From Methanobacteriota archaeon (GTDB lineage Archaea; Thermoplasmatota; Poseidoniia; Poseidoniales; Poseidoniaceae), in assembly GCA_002720275.1 (NCBI GenBank), contig PBHR01000023.1:21600-85599 (forward strand): 64,000 bases of DNA. Reading direction: 5' to 3'. This document shows positions 59,370 through 64,000 of the stretch, in pieces (positions within the stretch are counted from its first letter, which is position 1; every line of letters starts with the position of its first letter). Under the pieces are notes generated by a model. That model was not told the origin of the DNA. It did no database searches and saw only the letters and a program-made list of their open reading frames with translations. Position numbers and translations under genes: made by a program.

Positions 59370-60079
59370 ATCAGAAAACAATTTCTTTGGAAGGGGAACC
59401 TAACTTTCTAAAAGAATTAATTCAAAATAGGATTTCTGACAGAATGATTCATAAAATTAGTAATGATTCTAATTCATCTTTTGCTATTTATTTTGAAACA
59501 GGGGAAAAATTCGAAACGGAAATCTCTAAACCATCAATTATAATTAGACCATGGAATGAGCAAATTACTCCATTTAATCTAGAAAAATGCATAGAATTGC
59601 ATGTCAGAGATTTATTGTGTATTGATCCTGAAGGCAAATGGGGCCCAAGTGATATTTTTGAATGGATAAAATGCCTTGATTCTGGTTCCCCAATATTTCT
59701 AGAAAAATATCCAATACGATATTGGACCTCTAAACACGATGTTATTTCACTTATTGAAACACTTATTGAACTTCCAAAAATACCAACATTAATTACTGAA
59801 GTTTGCGGAAGGAGGCCGTGGATTGCAAATGATATCTTTTCTGAGTTGAAAATGTTATGGAGAAGAGTTGATAATTCAAAAACAAATAAAATTGACATTG
59901 TAGATTTGGAGGTTAAAGATATACCCAATACTAACAATAAAAATAATTCAAATAGTCCGAACCTTTCTGAGTTGCACAATTTATTAAAATTGCAAAATGG
60001 GAAAGGGTGGGTTACCTCAACCCCAATAAGAATCTCGTTGATGGAATGCCTCGAAGAAACAATTGATTTCCAAAATTAA
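59366..60079 (+). CDS. Hypothetical protein (possibly a degenerate extended-SDR fold)
   Basis: 237-aa ORF overlapping the bcp stop; no catalytic motif recognised. Confidence 0.65.
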   Translation: MNQKTISLEGEPNFLKELIQNRISDRMIHKISNDSNSSFAIYFETGEKFETEISKPSIIIRPWNEQITPFNLEKCIELHVRDLLCIDPEGKWGPSDIFEWIKCLDSGSPIFLEKYPIRYWTSKHDVISLIETLIELPKIPTLITEVCGRRPWIANDIFSELKMLWRRVDNSKTNKIDIVDLEVKDIPNTNNKNNSNSPNLSELHNLLKLQNGKGWVTSTPIRISLMECLEETIDFQN

Positions 60080-60136
60080 AACTATCCAAAATAATCATAA
60101 TGGGAAGTTATGAGGATTTATTAACGGGGAGAAAGT

Positions 60137-60421
60137 ATGACGGATGAAATAATATCTTCATCAGAACTTTTAGCAAGTTTGTATGCTTTTTCAATTAGTT
60201 TAATAGTCGGTTTTGCAATAGCAAAATTTCTTACGGGGAAAACCCCTCAAATCAAAATATATATCTTTCACATTCACCATTGGATTTGGGCAACAACAAT
60301 TCTAATTCTCCTATTTTTTTGGGATCAAACAGAAGCTTGGATGATTGGATTAGTAACTGGTGTTGCAATCGAAGGGCTGACTTATGATGATTGGTCCATT
60401 TTTATTAAAAAAGAGGAATGA
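60137..60421 (+). CDS. Small membrane protein with HIHHW motif
   Basis: 94 aa, about 3 TMs; GGGGAG RBS. Confidence 0.75.
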   Translation: MTDEIISSSELLASLYAFSISLIVGFAIAKFLTGKTPQIKIYIFHIHHWIWATTILILLFFWDQTEAWMIGLVTGVAIEGLTYDDWSIFIKKEE

Positions 60422-61489
60422 TTAATCTAAATTTTTTAACAGTATTCGATGGAAGTGATGTACTCCTGTTTCTTTTTCTGGTGAATACCTACCTCGTTCA
60501 TAAGATTCAGAAGTTACACCCCGTTGGACTCCTTCTACAATTTGTTGGTCTTCTTCCTCAACTTTATCTAAATCACCACCTGCCCCCTCAAAAATTAAAT
60601 CTTTATTACCAATATAACCACGATAAATTATTTTTGATTTGTCTGAATTCAAAGGAACTACAATATTTACTGATAAACCCCATGGATAAAAATTAAACAT
60701 CATATTTGGATATAACCAAAAATAATATGCTGCAATATTTTTACCATAATCTATGGATTCTTTAGGCAAATTAAAACATAACTCACCTGGTTTAGCAAAC
60801 CCTATTTGTAACACCCCATTTGAAAATAATTCTGTTTTATAAGAGTCATTTTCAATAATATTATTTAAATCTCCATGAACAAATGGAATATGAAACCCTT
60901 CCAAATAATTATCAACATATAATGCCCAATTTGCTTTAACTGAGTATGTTCGATCTTTACTAGAATCATATTTGAATTTTTCAATATTCATCCATCCAAT
61001 TCTATCGTCTAGAAATTCGATGAACTCATCAAAATTTTGTTCGCTCTTATTTGCAAAAAGTAAATTTTTCCAATTCATTAATTTAAATTTTTTCAAATTA
61101 TCTTTATGTGTCGGGAAATTTTTTACATTTTCAAACTTAGGCATATTTTTAAATTGACCTTGTAAATCAAAAGTTCGACCATGATATGGGCATTGAATTC
61201 GGGATTTTTTACATTTTTCTTCGACTAATAACATTGCCCTATGAGTACATACGTTTGAAATACAAGCATAATTTTCATCTTTAGTTAATATTACTTCGTC
61301 ATTTATTATATCACCCATTCGTTCTAATGGAATAATATTCACATTATCAAATTCTGAACTATGTACAGCAAAATGCCAATGATTAGAGAATGAAGCCTTT
61401 ATTTTTTCAAATAGTTCAGGATTAGTATAATAATCTGAATGTAAAGTTAATGCTCGAGATATATCTTCATCAACATAATCTCTCGCCAT
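60422..61489 (-). CDS. Rieske non-heme iron oxygenase alpha subunit (choline monooxygenase-like)
   Basis: CTHR...CPYH Rieske motif; NWALYVDNYLEGFHIPFVH mononuclear iron motif; EED...E.VQRG; E.GVHHFH. Confidence 0.9.
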   Translation of the reverse strand: MARDYVDEDISRALTLHSDYYTNPELFEKIKASFSNHWHFAVHSSEFDNVNIIPLERMGDIINDEVILTKDENYACISNVCTHRAMLLVEEKCKKSRIQCPYHGRTFDLQGQFKNMPKFENVKNFPTHKDNLKKFKLMNWKNLLFANKSEQNFDEFIEFLDDRIGWMNIEKFKYDSSKDRTYSVKANWALYVDNYLEGFHIPFVHGDLNNIIENDSYKTELFSNGVLQIGFAKPGELCFNLPKESIDYGKNIAAYYFWLYPNMMFNFYPWGLSVNIVVPLNSDKSKIIYRGYIGNKDLIFEGAGGDLDKVEEEDQQIVEGVQRGVTSESYERGRYSPEKETGVHHFHRILLKNLD

Positions 61490-61523
61490 ATTACATGTAG
61501 AAAGTCTTGTAATAAATAATCAA

Positions 61524-62159
61524 CTAATGACAGGATACCCCATATTTTTTCAAACGCCAGTAGTTGTATGGCCATGGAGTCAAGAATCCCGCAATCAACA
61601 TTGGAATGATTACTTCCGGCGTCAACATTGCACCGCCTGTCAACACAAAATCGGTAATGTTCATAGCTGCTTCCATCGCTACCATCGAAATAAATGACAT
61701 ACCCATTGCAGTTCGCAATGAATCTTTGAAAGGAAGCTGTTTGAGCAAAATTACGGTTTCTAAAGCAATGGAAGTAAGGAGACCATTCATGATCGCAAGC
61801 ATCATTATCGCCATAGTAGACCATCCTGAATCAATCCAAATAAATTGGAAAAAAGCGATTGTCCCGAAGTCCCCAATGCTACAACCAATTAAGCACCATT
61901 TTGTATTATGAGCGCTTTGTTTCCATACAGCTTTATCGGACCAATCAAAACCACTTTTTCCAATTGAAAATCCGGATAAAGCAACTATTTCTTCTAAATT
62001 TGAAGTTGTAATTTCTTCAGAATGCTCAATTTTGGCTATTCTTGAAACGTGTGATACTTCAGCCTTACTTATCCCACTTTCTTTCAAAAAATTATCAGTA
62101 AGTCTTGAAGAACAACCCCCACAAGTCATCCCATCTACAAATAATTCCGTGGTTGCCAT
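61524..62159 (-). CDS. HMA domain fused to DUF4396 membrane domain
   Basis: GMTCGGC metal-binding loop; TKWCLIGCSIGD, SMVAME and PWPYNYW. Confidence 0.85.
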   Translation of the reverse strand: MATTELFVDGMTCGGCSSRLTDNFLKESGISKAEVSHVSRIAKIEHSEEITTSNLEEIVALSGFSIGKSGFDWSDKAVWKQSAHNTKWCLIGCSIGDFGTIAFFQFIWIDSGWSTMAIMMLAIMNGLLTSIALETVILLKQLPFKDSLRTAMGMSFISMVAMEAAMNITDFVLTGGAMLTPEVIIPMLIAGFLTPWPYNYWRLKKYGVSCH

Positions 62160-62242
62160 GGTGCTTCGAACAATTCAACCATAATAAATTTACAACTTTT
62201 CATGATAGCCTCTAAAAATGATTGCTTACCCGAATCTACAAT

Positions 62243-64000
62243 ATGTATAATCCATTTGACAAATTTACTGAAGCCTCAGTAAAAAAACCAATCACTGCAA
62301 TACTAATTTTCATATTGATCTTCTTTGGTGGGATTTTCTTAATGGTAAATTACATCAGTGCTGATGTATCTCGTTCATCTTTTTATCCAGATAATGAAGT
62401 CACAAGATTACTAACTGAAATTGATAATGAATATAATGAACAAGAACTTGACTTGTTAAGGGCCCTGACACCACTAGAATCTAATGGGTTGGATAATCCA
62501 TCAAATTGGGAAAGATTAGCTAATGTTGAATCAATAATGATTAGTGACAATTCATCATTAAAGTATCAAGAACCAATATTTGGTGGTCAATCAGTAGCAG
62601 GCCCTGCAAGTTTAGCAATGATTTACTCCACGGTTGTGTACCCCGAAGAGACGGCATTATGGGTTAATGAAACTAAAACTACTTTTGATGCTTTTATTAA
62701 TACATTAGAAAATGGAAATGATTCTGAAATTAATAATGCTTTGAATCTATCTATTGAAAAAGTAGATTCGATACCCCTACCTCCTGAAATTACCTCCGAA
62801 TCATTAAATTCATGGGATGTAAACAACACTGAATGGGTTGATCCATTAATGAATGGAGTGAATTCAACACAACTACTTTCAGATTTTGATGATTATTTAT
62901 CGTCAATAAATTTGTTAGTAAATAATAATTCCGTAGGTCCAGAAATTGAACAAAAATGGATTTATAGTGTTTCTTTAGATGTTAGGATTAAATTAAACAT
63001 ACTAAATGTCATTCAAGAAATCGATTATGCTGGTTCAATATTAGGATCTATTCCAACTTATGATGATAAGGGCTCTGAAATTGAGTTTTCTCAAAGAGCC
63101 TCTGCTGCAACAATAGGGGTAATAAATCTAGCAATATCAACATCAGATTTAGATACTGAAGAAATTATAGATATTTCAAAATCTTTGGAGAATAATCTTA
63201 GTACAGAACTTTCATTAGATGATGATTCAAAAGTCATTATTTTCGGTTTCAATCGTTTCACTGAAGCATCGGCAAGCGCATCAAGTAAAGAAAGCCCAAT
63301 GCTTACAAGTTTGGCAATATTATTACTTGGAATTATTTTATGGACTAGATTTCGTTCAATTAGAGAAACTATGATGGTAATTACATGTACAGCACTGACA
63401 ATTCCAATTACTTTCGGAGTTGCTTCATTTTTATTCAAAGTAACATTTAATCCAGCTATGTTTTCTATCCCAGTTCTTGTACTTGCAATTGGTGTAGATT
63501 ATGGATTACATGTTGTAGCAAGATATAGAGAAGAAGCGGTTCACGAAGCAAGAAAAGTTGGTATTGACGAACATTCTCAACCACTTTCAGTTCTAGAAAA
63601 ATCAAGTAGGAAAAAAGCAATTTTAAATGGTTCATTACTTACCTCTGCGGCATTAATTGTCGCAATTACTACTGATGTAGTAGGATTTATGTCATTTAAT
63701 ATTAGTAATCAAAAGTTCTTACGAGATTTTGGAACTACAATTGCTATTGGATTATTATTTGTATACCTCTCATCAATTACTGTTTTACCAGCATTATTAT
63801 CCTTAATACCACCTAAATCTAAAACTGTAATTACTAGGAAGCCTTTTCCAATTTCCAACATACAATCAATTGAAGAAACTAGTTTTTCAAAATTTATTGG
63901 AAACGTGGTAGATAAAAAAGCAAAAGTTGTTTGGATTATTGTAATATTAATGACAATTCCTATGCTTTGGGGAATGACATTACTGAAGCCTGGTTTTGAT
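62243..64000 (+). CDS. MMPL/RND family transporter, N-terminal part (runs off the window)
   Basis: Not in the ORF track. ATG 62243 (MYNPFDKFTEASVKKP...), a TM, a large extracellular loop, then LAIGVDYGLHVVARYREE, TTDVVGF and TVLPALL. Confidence 0.88.
   Translation, partial: MYNPFDKFTEASVKKPITAILIFILIFFGGIFLMVNYISADVSRSSFYPDNEVTRLLTEIDNEYNEQELDLLRALTPLESNGLDNPSNWERLANVESIMISDNSSLKYQEPIFGGQSVAGPASLAMIYSTVVYPEETALWVNETKTTFDAFINTLENGNDSEINNALNLSIEKVDSIPLPPEITSESLNSWDVNNTEWVDPLMNGVNSTQLLSDFDDYLSSINLLVNNNSVGPEIEQKWIYSVSLDVRIKLNILNVIQEIDYAGSILGSIPTYDDKGSEIEFSQRASAATIGVINLAISTSDLDTEEIIDISKSLENNLSTELSLDDDSKVIIFGFNRFTEASASASSKESPMLTSLAILLLGIILWTRFRSIRETMMVITCTALTIPITFGVASFLFKVTFNPAMFSIPVLVLAIGVDYGLHVVARYREEAVHEARKVGIDEHSQPLSVLEKSSRKKAILNGSLLTSAALIVAITTDVVGFMSFNISNQKFLRDFGTTIAIGLLFVYLSSITVLPALLSLIPPKSKTVITRKPFPISNIQSIEETSFSKFIGNVVDKKAKVVWIIVILMTIPMLWGMTLLKPGFD

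Noticed and set aside
12690..61975. Single CAATTG-centred palindromes inside coding regions (e.g. near 12700, 27533, 41469, 61961)
   Set aside because: Expected by chance in AT-rich DNA and not paired at 20-bp spacing
2159..63438. Numerous 60-190 aa ORFs in the track that lie antisense or out of frame within larger genes (e.g. 2159-2488, 19846-20301, 45692-46159, 46521-47087, 59488-59979)
   Set aside because: They are shadows of well-supported genes, with biased composition and no motifs

Overview
A gene-dense, AT-rich (roughly 30% GC by eye) archaeal chromosomal segment. It most likely comes from a marine Thermoplasmatota of the Poseidoniales (Marine Group II) type; this is inferred from archaeal EF-1alpha, aIF5B, L7Ae/S28e/L24e, MC1, CDC48, GINS and Hjc, GGTGA/GGAGG ribosome-binding sites, and a thrombospondin-repeat surface protein. 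It holds about 60 CDS and two tRNAs (Leu-CAA, Ile-GAT). I saw no rRNA, CRISPR array, integrase or transposase. Most content is core: pyrBI, xth, tRNA modification, cdc48, succinate dehydrogenase, serS, tuf-rps10, rpl7ae-rps28e-rpl24e-ndk-infB and prs. The most notable observations are: (1) two genes missing from the ORF track, rpl24e and a PRC-barrel gene, have no usable ATG/GTG/TTG and appear to start at ATT; (2) a tandem pair of 20-bp CAATT(G/A)-centred palindromes recurs in three separate intergenic regions; (3) a roadblock/LC7 gene lies beside a 1,053-aa roadblock + DUF2226-like + coiled-coil protein with no GTPase nearby; (4) a ParA is followed by a ribbon-helix-helix protein and a degenerate PIN-like protein; (5) the succinate dehydrogenase resembles mycobacterial Sdh1; (6) Trm9-like and Ncs6-like genes are adjacent; (7) a presenilin-like protease carries a large soluble insertion. 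All family assignments come from reading motifs by eye; no database search was run.
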